Source: Myxococcota bacterium
Lineage (GTDB): Bacteria; Myxococcota_A; Bradymonadia; UBA7976; UBA1532
Direction of reading: 5' to 3'
Assembly (NCBI GenBank): GCA_036337435.1
Contig: JAYZEG010000033.1
Location: 1,916 to 65,915, forward strand
DNA: 64,000 nucleotides
Positions 1-9,899 of the stretch are shown here, piece by piece. The position numbers and the translations under genes were made by a program. The notes beneath the pieces were generated by a model. It worked only from the letters and a program-made list of their open reading frames with translations. It had not been told where the DNA came from and made no database searches. The stretch's first letter is position 1, and every line of letters starts with the position of its first letter.

Positions 1-384
1 TTCTACTTTGACCGCGACTATTTAGTAGACCGAATCATGTTCCGACAAATGTTGGGGGGCGTGAGTAACGCAACGTATTTCAAACCCTATCTGCGATATG
101 ATTTTATCCAGGAAGACGCCGAGGCTTGGGGTTTCCAACTCTCATCCATCTACGGTTATGCCCTCGAAGAAGACGCCACGCCTGGCAAAGCGAACTCACT
201 TGGGCTTGAAATGGACATCGAACTCTTCATTGAAGAATTCGATCGATTTCGTTGGTCCTTTGCATACGCTGTTTTCTTCCCTATGGCTGCCTTCGATGTA
301 CGAGATAGTACATCCGACCGAAATCTACTCGCAGAACCCAGCGCGGCTCAGCTGCTTCAAATGAACTTTGGCTTTCAATTCTAG
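1..384 (+). CDS. Outer-membrane beta-barrel protein, C-terminal fragment (5-prime end upstream of window)
   Basis: Frame 1 is open from nt 1. The product ends ...AAQLLQMNFGFQF, with alternating hydrophobics and a terminal Phe typical of the OMP beta-signal. Stop TAG at 382-384. Confidence 0.5.
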   Translation, partial: FYFDRDYLVDRIMFRQMLGGVSNATYFKPYLRYDFIQEDAEAWGFQLSSIYGYALEEDATPGKANSLGLEMDIELFIEEFDRFRWSFAYAVFFPMAAFDVRDSTSDRNLLAEPSAAQLLQMNFGFQF

Positions 385-400
385 CACTGGGAGACAATCC

Positions 401-1804
401 ATGTCGAAATCACACAGAACTTGGGGTGGGCGATTCACCGAGGCAACCGATGCGTTCGTTGCCCGGCTGAATGCCTCTGTAGATTACGATAAGCGCATGT
501 ACGCCGAGGACATCGATGGGTCTAAAGCCCATGCATCGATGCTCGCAAAGCAAGGCATCATTGCTGAGGATGATCTGCAGGCAATTCATCGTGGTTTAGA
601 ACAAATCAGGCGTGAGATTGAATCCGGTGAGTTCAATTGGCGCACCGAGCTCGAAGATGTTCACATGAACATAGAAAGCAGATTGATTGAACTCATCGGT
701 GATGCTGGCGCAAGGCTTCATACAGCGCGTAGCCGAAACGACCAAGTTGCGACCGACCTAAGATTATGGCTTCTAAGACACATCGACCGTCTCAAGACAT
801 CCATCGATACGCTACAAGGTACCTTGCTGCAATTGGCACGACGAGACGGCGATGCAATCCTACCCGGTTATACGCATCTGCAACGTGCCCAGCCCATCCT
901 CTTGGCCCATCACCTCTTGGCCTACTTCGAGATGTTCGAGCGTGATCTCGGCCGTTTTGAAGATTGTGCAAAGCGATGCAACGAATCACCGCTGGGTTCC
1001 GCCGCGTTGGCCGGAACACCATTCGATCTAGACCGTAACCTGACAGCTGAATTGCTGGGATTTAACAAGCCCATGAAGAACAGTCTTGATGGTGTTGCTG
1101 ACCGAGATTTCGCCGTCGAGTTTACGGCTGCCGCGTCTCTGATGATGATTCACTTGTCGAGATTATCCGAAGAATTGGTCTTGTGGTCGAGCCAAGAGTT
1201 CGCCTTCGTGGAAATCGGTGATGCATTTTCCACTGGCTCGAGCATCATGCCACAAAAGAAAAACCCAGATATCCCAGAACTGGTGCGCGGAAAGTCGGGG
1301 CGTGTGTTGGGCTCATTTGTGTCGCTGTTGACAACGCTCAAATCGCTTCCGCTGGCTTACAATAAAGATATGCAGGAAGACAAAGAAGCCCTCTTTGATG
1401 CCGCAGACACCGTCTTAGACTGTGTCGATGCGACCGCGCGTTTATTGCCGGCAGTTAAGGTCAATTGTGAAGCGATGAGGGCCGCATGTGATGCTGGTTT
1501 TGTGACAGCGACCGACGTCGCCGATTATCTCGCACAAAAATCGGTCCCATTTCGCCAGGCCCACCATATTGTTGGTGGCTTGGTTGGATGGTGTCTCGAG
1601 AACAAGCGCACGCTCACATCCCTGAGCCTAGACGAGTTTCAAAGCTTCAGTGATGCATTCGAAGCTGATATTTTGGAGGCGGTCACTGTGGAGGCCAGTG
1701 TTGCAGCACGGACGAGCCCAGGTGGAACCGCACCGAGCCGGGTTTATGCTGCTCTCGACGACGCAGAACGACGTCTGGCTTCACGGACAAAGCCGAGGCC
1801 GTAA
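401..1804 (+). CDS. argH: Argininosuccinate lyase
   Basis: N-terminal WGGRFTE, the fumarate-lyase signature region GSSIMPQKKNPD, and about 467 aa. ATG at 401 has GGGAGA 8 nt upstream. The ORF-track start at 368 overlaps the upstream gene. Confidence 0.95.
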   Translation: MSKSHRTWGGRFTEATDAFVARLNASVDYDKRMYAEDIDGSKAHASMLAKQGIIAEDDLQAIHRGLEQIRREIESGEFNWRTELEDVHMNIESRLIELIGDAGARLHTARSRNDQVATDLRLWLLRHIDRLKTSIDTLQGTLLQLARRDGDAILPGYTHLQRAQPILLAHHLLAYFEMFERDLGRFEDCAKRCNESPLGSAALAGTPFDLDRNLTAELLGFNKPMKNSLDGVADRDFAVEFTAAASLMMIHLSRLSEELVLWSSQEFAFVEIGDAFSTGSSIMPQKKNPDIPELVRGKSGRVLGSFVSLLTTLKSLPLAYNKDMQEDKEALFDAADTVLDCVDATARLLPAVKVNCEAMRAACDAGFVTATDVADYLAQKSVPFRQAHHIVGGLVGWCLENKRTLTSLSLDEFQSFSDAFEADILEAVTVEASVAARTSPGGTAPSRVYAALDDAERRLASRTKPRP

Positions 1805-1834
1805 ACGAATTGTTCCGGCCACATGGGTGCCAGT

Positions 1835-2521
1835 CTAGGGTGCGGCAAAACCTTCGTCTTCGACCTTTGTGAACAACATGCCACCAACGACGGATGCTTC
1901 GATAAGATAATTCTTGCCGGCTTCTAAGTCGATTGCGCCATTGAACATATTCAATACAGGTCCCATTCGCCCGGCTTTAAGTTTCAGCCCGTATGCGAAG
2001 GAACCAGCGGGTGACTTTACATAGGGCGTAAATGCAACCGATAGACGCTTGAAACGGCCACGTTTTCCAGGGCGGTACTCAACGTTAGCCATCTTCTCAC
2101 CTTTCGCACGGAAAGACCGAAAACGAACCTGCGACTCCGCGTTTGGGGATAAACCAGTGGGTCGGGCTGCCTTACTACGCGTCGCTACACTCGCCCAAGT
2201 TGCGCCGCATGAGTGAACAGAAATTTCATAGGTGCCGCCAGCCTTGAGAACAAGGAAACCGCTGTCACGGTTGGAGCCTTCAAAGTTATAGCGGTAGGCA
2301 TCGTTGTCGGCACTGGCCAGTGTTTTACCCGTCAGTTTAGCGGCGGGTTCAAGCTTAAAAGTCTCAGAACCGATACTCATGGAAACGGCCCGTTTACATT
2401 GGTTCGCAACATCAATCGTGACCGGTCCAGTGGCAGGTTTGCCCTTTGTCTGAGCAGCCAAAGTCCCCATGCTGAGCGTGAAAAATAAACAAACGGTCAT
2501 CAATCCCGATGCTGTCTGCAT
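1835..2521 (-). CDS. Secreted hypothetical protein (signal peptide)
   Basis: ATG at 2521 has AGGAGG 9 nt upstream. The N-terminus MQTASGLMTVCLFFTLSMGTLAAQ looks like a Sec signal peptide. I recognised no family motif. Confidence 0.6.
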   Translation of the reverse strand: MQTASGLMTVCLFFTLSMGTLAAQTKGKPATGPVTIDVANQCKRAVSMSIGSETFKLEPAAKLTGKTLASADNDAYRYNFEGSNRDSGFLVLKAGGTYEISVHSCGATWASVATRSKAARPTGLSPNAESQVRFRSFRAKGEKMANVEYRPGKRGRFKRLSVAFTPYVKSPAGSFAYGLKLKAGRMGPVLNMFNGAIDLEAGKNYLIEASVVGGMLFTKVEDEGFAAP

Positions 2522-2681
2522 AGCGAAATACCTCCTGTGGAATTCAAGCACTGCTCTAGTGTAGATCCAGGTTCCCCTAGATTGGAAGACGGAAAACGAG
2601 CAATCGGCCCATGTGTCTTAAGACTGATCAGCGGCGGCATTATTCAACGAATGCCGTGACCTACTTGGGATGGCTGGTTGA

Positions 2682-4370
2682 CTAGCGGCGGCGTCGTTGC
2701 AACCAAGATGGAACATTGATGGATTCCATCTCAACTGATTCTTCTGTCGATACGCTCCAAAAGGCTTCACCTTTGGGGGCTTCACCAACTTGCCGACTGC
2801 CCAGTTCACGAGAACCGCCTTTTCTCTCAATGGCCGGCTTGTCGATCTCAGTTTGTTCCAATGTCCTGCGACCGCGCAGCCCATGGGCGGGCTGTCGTGG
2901 CGGCAGAGAGACGGCCGGGCCAGACCGTCTTGGGCCTGCTGATACACCGCTATGATGCCGCGGTAGGCCCCCAACGCGTGCTGGCATCGGTGCGTTGCTA
3001 TCGCCCAAATTCTCCAGTGGTGGTGTCTGCATCTCTTGGGTTTTGAGAGCCTGGTTTTCAGGACCAAGACCGGTCTGCACACCGTCAGGATAGGATGGGA
3101 GCCGCTGCTGGGCCGCTTGAGATGGCGCAGATGGTGGCGGGGGCAATAGACCTGCATTGGGTAAACTCTGAAATTCTGGTGTCGAATCTCGAGGAGCGAC
3201 TCGCGGTGGTCGATGACCGCCATGGGCTGCATTGTCCGCAAACGCGGAGGGCTGAGGCGAATGCCCTGTCCAGTTCGAGCCGTGTGCCTGAGGCGCATGC
3301 TGGGGCAGTCCGACTGACTGACTCGGTGCTGACACTGGCGCATCCTGGGCCGGATAGCCCGGCACCGTTTTCCGGGTCGAGGCCACGTTTGGCACACGAC
3401 CGTCTTGCTCCTCAAAGCCCGTTGCAACAACCGTGATTTTGATCTCATCTTTCAGGGTTTCATCGATGACAGCACCAAAGATGAGGTTAACATCTTCGTG
3501 AGCAGCATCCTCGACTAAGCTTGCCGCCTCTTCAATCTCCGAAATTTTTAAATCCAGTCCCCCGGTGAAGTTGATCAGAATACCAGTTGCACCTTCGATG
3601 CTGATGTCATCTAACAGCGGGCTTGAAATCGCCTGCTGAGCAGCGATGAGTGCCCGGCCTTCCCCAGATGCTCGTCCTGTCCCCATCAAAGCCATGCCCT
3701 TCGACATCATAATGGTCCGAACATCCGCAAAGTCGACGTTGATCATGCCATGTTCAGTGATCAGGTCGCTGATGCCTTGAACTGCGTTGTAAAGAACGCG
3801 GTCAGCCACACCAAAGGCGTCCATCATCGTCGTTGTCTCATCACTGATAGCCAAAAGACGCTGGTTCGGTATCACGATGAGAGTATCGACTTCCGCCGCA
3901 AGGGCCTCAATCCCATCCTCAGCACGACGACGGCGTTTGCGCCCTTCGAAATTGAAAGGTTTTGTGACGACTCCGACGGTCAAGGCCCCCGATTCGCGGG
4001 CGGCCCTAGCGAAGACTGGTGCAGCCCCTGTACCTGTTCCACCACCCATTCCAGCCGTGATAAACACCATATCTGCGCCGGAGACAGTCTCATTGATGAG
4101 TGTTAAGTCTTCGAGTGCTGCGTTGCGACCGACGTCAGGGTTTGCACCTGCTCCAAGCCCATTCGTCAATGTCGCACCGATTTGCAAATGAACGGTTGCG
4201 GACGAATGTTTTAGAGCTTGGGCATCCGTATTTGAAACGACAAAATCAACACCCTTGAGCCCAAATTGGACCATCTTGTTGACGGCATTACTGCCGCCTC
4301 CACCGACGCCGATAACTTTAATCGATGCTCCCGAGCCGTCGCTTCCAAAACCAAATGGTTGGTCAAACAC
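2682..4370 (-). CDS. ftsZ: Cell division GTPase FtsZ with long Pro/Gln/Ala-rich C-terminal linker
   Basis: Tubulin/FtsZ core with [11 protein letters not shown] and [15 protein letters not shown] start at 4370 is preceded by GAGGGG. The terminal peptide [12 protein letters not shown] resembles the conserved FtsA-binding tail. Confidence 0.97.
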   Translation of the reverse strand: MFDQPFGFGSDGSGASIKVIGVGGGGSNAVNKMVQFGLKGVDFVVSNTDAQALKHSSATVHLQIGATLTNGLGAGANPDVGRNAALEDLTLINETVSGADMVFITAGMGGGTGTGAAPVFARAARESGALTVGVVTKPFNFEGRKRRRRAEDGIEALAAEVDTLIVIPNQRLLAISDETTTMMDAFGVADRVLYNAVQGISDLITEHGMINVDFADVRTIMMSKGMALMGTGRASGEGRALIAAQQAISSPLLDDISIEGATGILINFTGGLDLKISEIEEAASLVEDAAHEDVNLIFGAVIDETLKDEIKITVVATGFEEQDGRVPNVASTRKTVPGYPAQDAPVSAPSQSVGLPQHAPQAHGSNWTGHSPQPSAFADNAAHGGHRPPRVAPRDSTPEFQSLPNAGLLPPPPSAPSQAAQQRLPSYPDGVQTGLGPENQALKTQEMQTPPLENLGDSNAPMPARVGGLPRHHSGVSAGPRRSGPAVSLPPRQPAHGLRGRRTLEQTEIDKPAIERKGGSRELGSRQVGEAPKGEAFWSVSTEESVEMESINVPSWLQRRRR

Positions 4371-4439
4371 TGCTTACCCCTCTCAAGGCAGACGCAAAAC
4401 AAAAACAATATTTTTTCTAGGATCACAGGGCGTCCATTT

Positions 4440-4485
4440 CTGTAGATCACCCCACATCCACTCACATAAAGGAAATGATCTACAG
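4440..4485 (-). promoter_or_regulatory. Perfect 10-bp inverted repeat (CTGTAGATCA-N26-TGATCTACAG) in the ftsA-ftsZ spacer
   Basis: Read directly: 4440-4449 is the reverse complement of 4476-4485. It lies about 70 nt upstream of the ftsZ GTG, inside a 152-nt spacer. Confidence 0.45.
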
Positions 4486-4522
4486 TCTCAAGGACTTAAT
4501 GCATTTCCTGCATAATTTTTTC

Positions 4523-5749
4523 TTATGCGCGCTGCCAAAATCGAAGCGTTCTACGCGCACCTCGCCGTTTGAGACGAATTTGCCGGTTGCTAAACCATTG
4601 TAAATGCTTAAGTTGGGCACCACAAAGCACCAAACCAGTCGCCGTCGAATAGCGTGGTTTCTTTACAACATCCACCAGACCCTGAATTCCGTTTGGCGTG
4701 CCGACGATTGCATCGTCAATGCCAAGAATTCGCTTTGTTAGTGTGACCAATCCGGGCAAATTGGAACAACCGCCGGTCAGAATAACGCCTCCATTGTAGC
4801 GCGCCGTGCAACCGGCCTGCTCTAATTCGTCAGCAACGAAATGCAGAATCTCTTCTGCGCGTGCTTCGATAATTTCGCACAGATAGCTGCGTTTCACTGT
4901 TTCTTGATTACGTCCACCGATGCCCGGCAGCGTAATTTCTTCGTCTTGCATCACCAGACTGCGTTCTGCGCAGCCATACACACGCTTTAAATGTTCAGCT
5001 TCCACCAGTGGTGTGCCGAGCAAATCTTTAATGTCTTGGGTGATGCTGTCTCCACCGATGGCCAAGGTCGCAGCATGCACGACACAGCCTCCCTCAAAAA
5101 CAGCGATTTCCGTAGTGTCGGCCCCCATATCGACCAAAATTACGCCCATATCTTTGGCATGATTCGTCAGCAGGGTTTCCGCCGATGCTAGGGGCGCGTA
5201 AATGGCGTCAACGACATTCAATTTGGCTTGTCGACAGACCGCTTCAATGGCTTCGATACGAGCCAACTGGCCTGTCACAAGATGACCTTGCACTTCGAGC
5301 CTAACCCCTTTGATACCCAACGGATTTGCAATGCCAGCGCGATGGTCGACGATATAGTCTTGTGGAACCACATGAAACACTGCCGTATCGGGAGCTAACT
5401 TAATGGCCATGGCCATATCGATGACAGCATGGACATCGTCGCTGTTTACAGAGTCACCTAGAATCCGCGCCATACCGTGGGTATTGAAACTTTGCATGTG
5501 ACGAGTGGAAACAGATAAAAACACTTCTTTGATGTCAACATCGGCCATGAGAGACGCTTCCGCAACGGCAGCTTTGACGCTCTTTACGGCCTCAGCTTTA
5601 TTGGATACGACACCATGCTGAAACCCGTTACTGGGATGCGCACCACGACCGATGATGTCGACCTGCCCATCATCATGATGAACACCAATGACACATTTGA
5701 TGCTGTGAGACCCTAAATCCAAACCCGCTATAATCATTTGACCAGCCAT
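4523..5749 (-). CDS. ftsA: Cell division protein FtsA (actin-like ATPase)
   Basis: N-terminal IAGLDLGSHSIKCVIG, GGCSNLPGL near the C-terminus, and a basic amphipathic tail. ATG at 5749 overlaps the ftsQ stop (TAATG). Confidence 0.95.
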   Translation of the reverse strand: MAGQMIIAGLDLGSHSIKCVIGVHHDDGQVDIIGRGAHPSNGFQHGVVSNKAEAVKSVKAAVAEASLMADVDIKEVFLSVSTRHMQSFNTHGMARILGDSVNSDDVHAVIDMAMAIKLAPDTAVFHVVPQDYIVDHRAGIANPLGIKGVRLEVQGHLVTGQLARIEAIEAVCRQAKLNVVDAIYAPLASAETLLTNHAKDMGVILVDMGADTTEIAVFEGGCVVHAATLAIGGDSITQDIKDLLGTPLVEAEHLKRVYGCAERSLVMQDEEITLPGIGGRNQETVKRSYLCEIIEARAEEILHFVADELEQAGCTARYNGGVILTGGCSNLPGLVTLTKRILGIDDAIVGTPNGIQGLVDVVKKPRYSTATGLVLCGAQLKHLQWFSNRQIRLKRRGARRTLRFWQRA

Positions 5750-6636
5750 TACTGTTCAGCTCCCTTAGAGTTGAGAGAGAATGATGAGCCATCGGCCCCC
5801 TTGAGAACCGATTCTTTGACGACGACCCGGCTTGGGTCATCGCCAAATAGAATGTACTCAGCACCGACCTTACGTTCTCTGAGTGAATCGAAGATTTGAT
5901 TCAACCGCCTTAATTTTAATCCAAAAGAATCACTACCCAATCCGACTCTCACCTCGCCCAGCATGAGATTGACTCTGTCGCCAAATTCGAGGGCGATAGA
6001 GCCAAGCTTCCAGGCAGAGGCCATCGGTAGATTTCGGTACTGCGCTGCGACGCCGAGTGCCCGCCGGACCCGGGCCTGTGCAACGGTCTCATCGGTTTCA
6101 AAATCAGCCACGGAAACCCCCGTAATAATGGGATAATCTTCTCGTTCACTCGCATTGGTTTCGATAAAAGGTCGGCCTTCAGCATCGACAAAAAACATGC
6201 GCTTCATCACCAAAATCGCAACGGGTTCACGCGCCCGCAAGGCAACCGATATTCGGTCTGGCAGCTCGACATTAACGAGGGCTTGCGCGACCCAGGGGTG
6301 TGATAGCAGATTCACCTGCGCCTGTGCAGCATCAAATCGAAATATGTTGCTATTTGAACCCACATTGATGGTGGACAGAACAGCCTCATCACTGAGCTGG
6401 GGAATCGATTCGATTTGAACGTTTCGAATCACAAAATAAGGTGAATTCAAAACTGTCTTCCAGGCACCATATCCGAGTCCAGCAACCAGCGTCATAGTCA
6501 ATAGAATACGGACCACGGGTCTCAAAAAACGAAAGACGAGAATTGAGCTGTCGACAAGGGATGCCCAAACATCTGCCCAAGCAAACTTGCGCCGGATTCG
6601 ATATCGATTAGCCATTCGATTCCCCCGTTTTCCCAT
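5749..6636 (-). CDS. ftsQ: Cell division protein FtsQ/DivIB
   Basis: Basic N-terminus, a single TM helix (ILLTMTLVAGLGYGAW), a POTRA-like region, and the canonical position between ddl and ftsA. The start could instead be the internal Met at 6615. Confidence 0.8.
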   Translation of the reverse strand: MGKRGNRMANRYRIRRKFAWADVWASLVDSSILVFRFLRPVVRILLTMTLVAGLGYGAWKTVLNSPYFVIRNVQIESIPQLSDEAVLSTINVGSNSNIFRFDAAQAQVNLLSHPWVAQALVNVELPDRISVALRAREPVAILVMKRMFFVDAEGRPFIETNASEREDYPIITGVSVADFETDETVAQARVRRALGVAAQYRNLPMASAWKLGSIALEFGDRVNLMLGEVRVGLGSDSFGLKLRRLNQIFDSLRERKVGAEYILFGDDPSRVVVKESVLKGADGSSFSLNSKGAEQ

Positions 6637-7549
6637 GGTCTGCTAAGTCGAGGATTTTTTGAATCAAAGTGGGAAAGTCGATACCAGCTGCAGCGGCCAC
6701 TTTCGGGACGAGGCTTTGGCCCGTCATGCCAGGTAGCGTATTGGTCTCCAAGACAATAGGTCCGTTCGATCCCAAAATGACGTCGCTCCTCGTGACAGCC
6801 CTGCAACCGAGGGCGAGGTGTGCGTCCAGTCCGGCCCGCTCTACCGCCTCCAACGCGTCAGCATCGAGACGAGGTGGAATATGATATCGGGTTCCAAATT
6901 CTTCATACTTTGCGTTGTAGTCGTAGAACTCTCGCATAGGTTCAATCTCGACGCTGCCAAGGCAGTCCGTACCGATACAGACTACGGAAAACTCCGGGCC
7001 TTCGATGAACTCCTCGATCAAATAGGCATCAAACTCTCCAGCGCGGAGTACACCTATGAGGCGTTTTTCATCCCTGATGATTTCCACCCCAACGCTCGAC
7101 CCTTCGGCAACAGGTTTCACGACCACGGGCAATGTAAACGGAATGTCCTGTGCGCTGGTTTCTTGCGCTGCAGCCTGTGATACGACAAGGTCTGCCGCAA
7201 CGGGTACCCCGGCTGCGCGATAAAGCTGCTTGGCCAAGACTTTGTCAAAAGCGAGCAAGCTAGACCGAATCCCCTCTCCCGTGTAGGGAATCTGCATCCA
7301 ATCCAAGAGACCCTGAATCCGTCCATCCTCACCAAAAGTACCGTGGAGCGCATTGAAAACGACATCAACCGCCTGGTTGTGTAATTGCGAAGAGACATCT
7401 TGGCTCGGATCAATCTCCACCACCGTATGTCCCAATTGCTGCAATGCAGCGGACACGGCCTGACCGCTTTGCAAGCTGACAGCTCGTTCATTGGACGGCC
7501 CGCCCATCAACACAGCAACCTTGGCTTTCTCGAAGCGGACCATCAGCAT
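6608..7549 (-). CDS. ddl: D-alanine--D-alanine ligase
   Basis: ATP-grasp Ddl motifs (KVAVLMGGPSNEREVS-like, EGSSVGV, ETNTLPGMT). ATG at 7549, or ATG at 7543, which is better spaced from GGAGGG. It overlaps the murG stop. Confidence 0.93.
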   Translation of the reverse strand: MLMVRFEKAKVAVLMGGPSNERAVSLQSGQAVSAALQQLGHTVVEIDPSQDVSSQLHNQAVDVVFNALHGTFGEDGRIQGLLDWMQIPYTGEGIRSSLLAFDKVLAKQLYRAAGVPVAADLVVSQAAAQETSAQDIPFTLPVVVKPVAEGSSVGVEIIRDEKRLIGVLRAGEFDAYLIEEFIEGPEFSVVCIGTDCLGSVEIEPMREFYDYNAKYEEFGTRYHIPPRLDADALEAVERAGLDAHLALGCRAVTRSDVILGSNGPIVLETNTLPGMTGQSLVPKVAAAAGIDFPTLIQKILDLADHGKTGESNG

Positions 7550-8670
7550 CCCTCCAAGCTGCGGCTCTGCAGTGTGCCCAGGCCACTGAGCTGAGCTAAG
7601 TCATCGACCATTGATGAGGCGGCTTTCGGCCTGCCGCGGTCGAGGGCGGCTTGCCCCATATCATCTAGACGACTTCGATCAACCAGTAGGGGAAGCAGAA
7701 GTTCGACCATCCGGTCTGTGGTCATGCCATCTTCGCGCTGCATCAGCGCAGCACCAGCAGAGACCAAAGACGCAGCATTGGCCGCTTGATGATCATCTGC
7801 TGCAAAAGGAAATGGGATGAAGACGGCCGCACGTCCAATGCAGGCCAACTCAGCGACCGTCGTCGCACCAGCCCTCGCGACGACAAGGTCGGCTTTGATC
7901 ATCTCGCCCGCCATGTCGTCGATAAATGCTTGAACTTGGGCGTTGTCGACTTGCAGGTCTCCATAAGCTTTGCGAACAGGCTCATCCCTGTCTCGCCCAG
8001 TTTGGTGCATCACCGTGAGGTGTGGGACGTGGTTTTGAAGCTGAGCTATGACCGCAGGAAGGCCTTCGTTCAACGAGCGCGCCCCTTGGCTTCCACCAAG
8101 AATGAGGATGTGGAGGGTCTCCTTATCGGCTGCTTCAGCCGCTTTTAGAAAGTCCTGCCGAACCGGGTTACCCAACTCCTTAACTTTTCGAGCTGGCAGC
8201 CTTTCAATGGCTTCCGGAAATGCCGTATAGACCCGTTTGACAAACTTAGCGAGAATCCGATTGGTCAACCCGGGCCGTGCGTTTTGCTCAGCGACGGCCG
8301 ACGGACGACCCGACAAGGCGGCCGCTAAAACCACCGGACCTGAAACGTAACCGCCAACCCCCAAAATCACATGGGGACGCTCTCCGCGAATGATTCGATA
8401 CCCGGCCAATATCGCCATCGGCATCCGCAGCAGGCTTTTCAATCTTTCCACAACACCTGCGTTCTTCAGACGGCGGGCTTCAACAGGAATAAATCGGTAT
8501 CCGAGTTCAGGGACAACCCGACCTTCTAACCCATTGGGACTGCCAACAAACACAACCTCCGAACCATCGATGGATGATAGCCAAGCCTCGGCGACGGCAA
8601 TCCCGGGATAGAGATGTCCCCCGGTGCCTCCACCCACAACCATCAATTTTGCGGGGGCATTCGATGTCAT
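7543..8670 (-). CDS. murG: UDP-GlcNAc:lipid I GlcNAc transferase MurG
   Basis: GGTGGHLYPG glycine-rich motif. ATG at 8670 forms an ATGA overlap with the ftsW stop. The ORF-track extension to 8733 is unlikely to be translated. Confidence 0.93.
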   Translation of the reverse strand: MTSNAPAKLMVVGGGTGGHLYPGIAVAEAWLSSIDGSEVVFVGSPNGLEGRVVPELGYRFIPVEARRLKNAGVVERLKSLLRMPMAILAGYRIIRGERPHVILGVGGYVSGPVVLAAALSGRPSAVAEQNARPGLTNRILAKFVKRVYTAFPEAIERLPARKVKELGNPVRQDFLKAAEAADKETLHILILGGSQGARSLNEGLPAVIAQLQNHVPHLTVMHQTGRDRDEPVRKAYGDLQVDNAQVQAFIDDMAGEMIKADLVVARAGATTVAELACIGRAAVFIPFPFAADDHQAANAASLVSAGAALMQREDGMTTDRMVELLLPLLVDRSRLDDMGQAALDRGRPKAASSMVDDLAQLSGLGTLQSRSLEGC

Positions 8671-9896
8671 GCACGGCCTCGCTTGAGTTTTGTTTTTGGC
8701 ATTCTGGCTGAGATTTGTCGATCGATGACCCAATCATTCAACCAGGCCGGCGGCGGTTGCCGTCGAGATATATTGAGCAAAATCCCAAGGCCAACAGATG
8801 TTGTTACAAGGGAACTCCCCCCGTAGCTGATCAAAGGCAAGGTCAATCCCTTCGTCGGCATCAAACCAATTGCGACCAGCATATTAGCGATGGCTTGTCC
8901 GCCGATTGCAGCCGTGATCCCAAATGCCAAAAGAGAACCGAAAGCAGTACTGGCCCGCCGGGCGATGAGAAAGCCTCGCCAGACCAAGACAGCAAACAGG
9001 GAGATAACAATCAGAACACCGACCACACCCAATTCTTCACCCAGAATGCTAAATACGAAATCGGTATGTGCCTCAGGTAGATAACTGAGTTTCTGCTTGC
9101 TAGAGCCAAGCCCGAGTCCTGTCCAGCCACCACTGCCAAAGCTGATCAGAGCCTGAAACAACTGCCATGAATCCCCTTGCTTGTCGGCCTCCGGGTTCAA
9201 AAACGAAATGAACCGTCTCACCCGATAAGGTTCCATCAAAATGAGCAGAACTAATGCGCCAGCACCGACACCAAATGCAGCGAAAAGATGTCGAAGTCGG
9301 GCACCGGCCGCAAAAATCATCAATAAGAGTAAACTTGCACAAATGACTGTGGAGCCTAGGTCCCGTTGCAGTGCCAGTACGACGACAATCGCACCTAAAC
9401 ATAGTGTGGGTGTAAGCCAACTATCCTTCCACCGATGGAGCCTATCCTGACGAGACGCTAAGTAGGCCGCGATGAAAACTACCCAGCTCAGTTTGATGGC
9501 TTCGCTGGGCTGGTAGCGAATGGCTCCAACACCCACCCAACGCGATGCCCCTTTCGCTTCGATTCCAATTCCTGGAAGCAGGACGGCGATGGACAATAAG
9601 AAACTCAGGCCAAACAGGATGTAGGCGAAGCGCTTGTAGACACAGTGATGAATATTGATGGCGGCAATCATTAAGACCAGAGAGAATCCAATGTATGCGA
9701 GCTGACGTGTGAGAAAGAATGCTTCATTTTTCATGTCAGCCTGGGCCGTCACAATGCTTGCGGAATACACCATAACGATGCCAATTCCCATGAGCAGGAA
9801 AATCACCAAAAGTAATAGACGGTCATAGCCGAAGCTCATGACCTCGGTATCCCTTGAATTGTCCGTGCTGTTGTTTTTATCCCAAAATCTAATCAT
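8667..9896 (-). CDS. ftsW: SEDS-family peptidoglycan polymerase FtsW
   Basis: About 10 predicted TM segments and the SEDS signature PEAHTDFVFSILGEELG. It is adjacent to mraY and murG. ATG at 9896 lies 3 nt after the mraY stop. Confidence 0.9.
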   Translation of the reverse strand: MIRFWDKNNSTDNSRDTEVMSFGYDRLLLLVIFLLMGIGIVMVYSASIVTAQADMKNEAFFLTRQLAYIGFSLVLMIAAINIHHCVYKRFAYILFGLSFLLSIAVLLPGIGIEAKGASRWVGVGAIRYQPSEAIKLSWVVFIAAYLASRQDRLHRWKDSWLTPTLCLGAIVVVLALQRDLGSTVICASLLLLMIFAAGARLRHLFAAFGVGAGALVLLILMEPYRVRRFISFLNPEADKQGDSWQLFQALISFGSGGWTGLGLGSSKQKLSYLPEAHTDFVFSILGEELGVVGVLIVISLFAVLVWRGFLIARRASTAFGSLLAFGITAAIGGQAIANMLVAIGLMPTKGLTLPLISYGGSSLVTTSVGLGILLNISRRQPPPAWLNDWVIDRQISARMPKTKLKRGRA

Positions 9897-9899
9897 GCC

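Noticed and set aside
2635-2656. Hairpin CGGCAT-N10-ATGCCG downstream of ftsZ
   Set aside because: The stem is 6 bp with no U-tract, which is within chance expectation.
2618-3448. 276-aa alternative-frame ORF overlapping the ftsZ linker, plus several plus-strand ORFs at 2716-3436
   Set aside because: They are confined to the low-complexity Pro/Gln/Ala-coding DNA of the ftsZ linker. Their products are Arg/Pro/Ser-rich nonsense with no RBS context.
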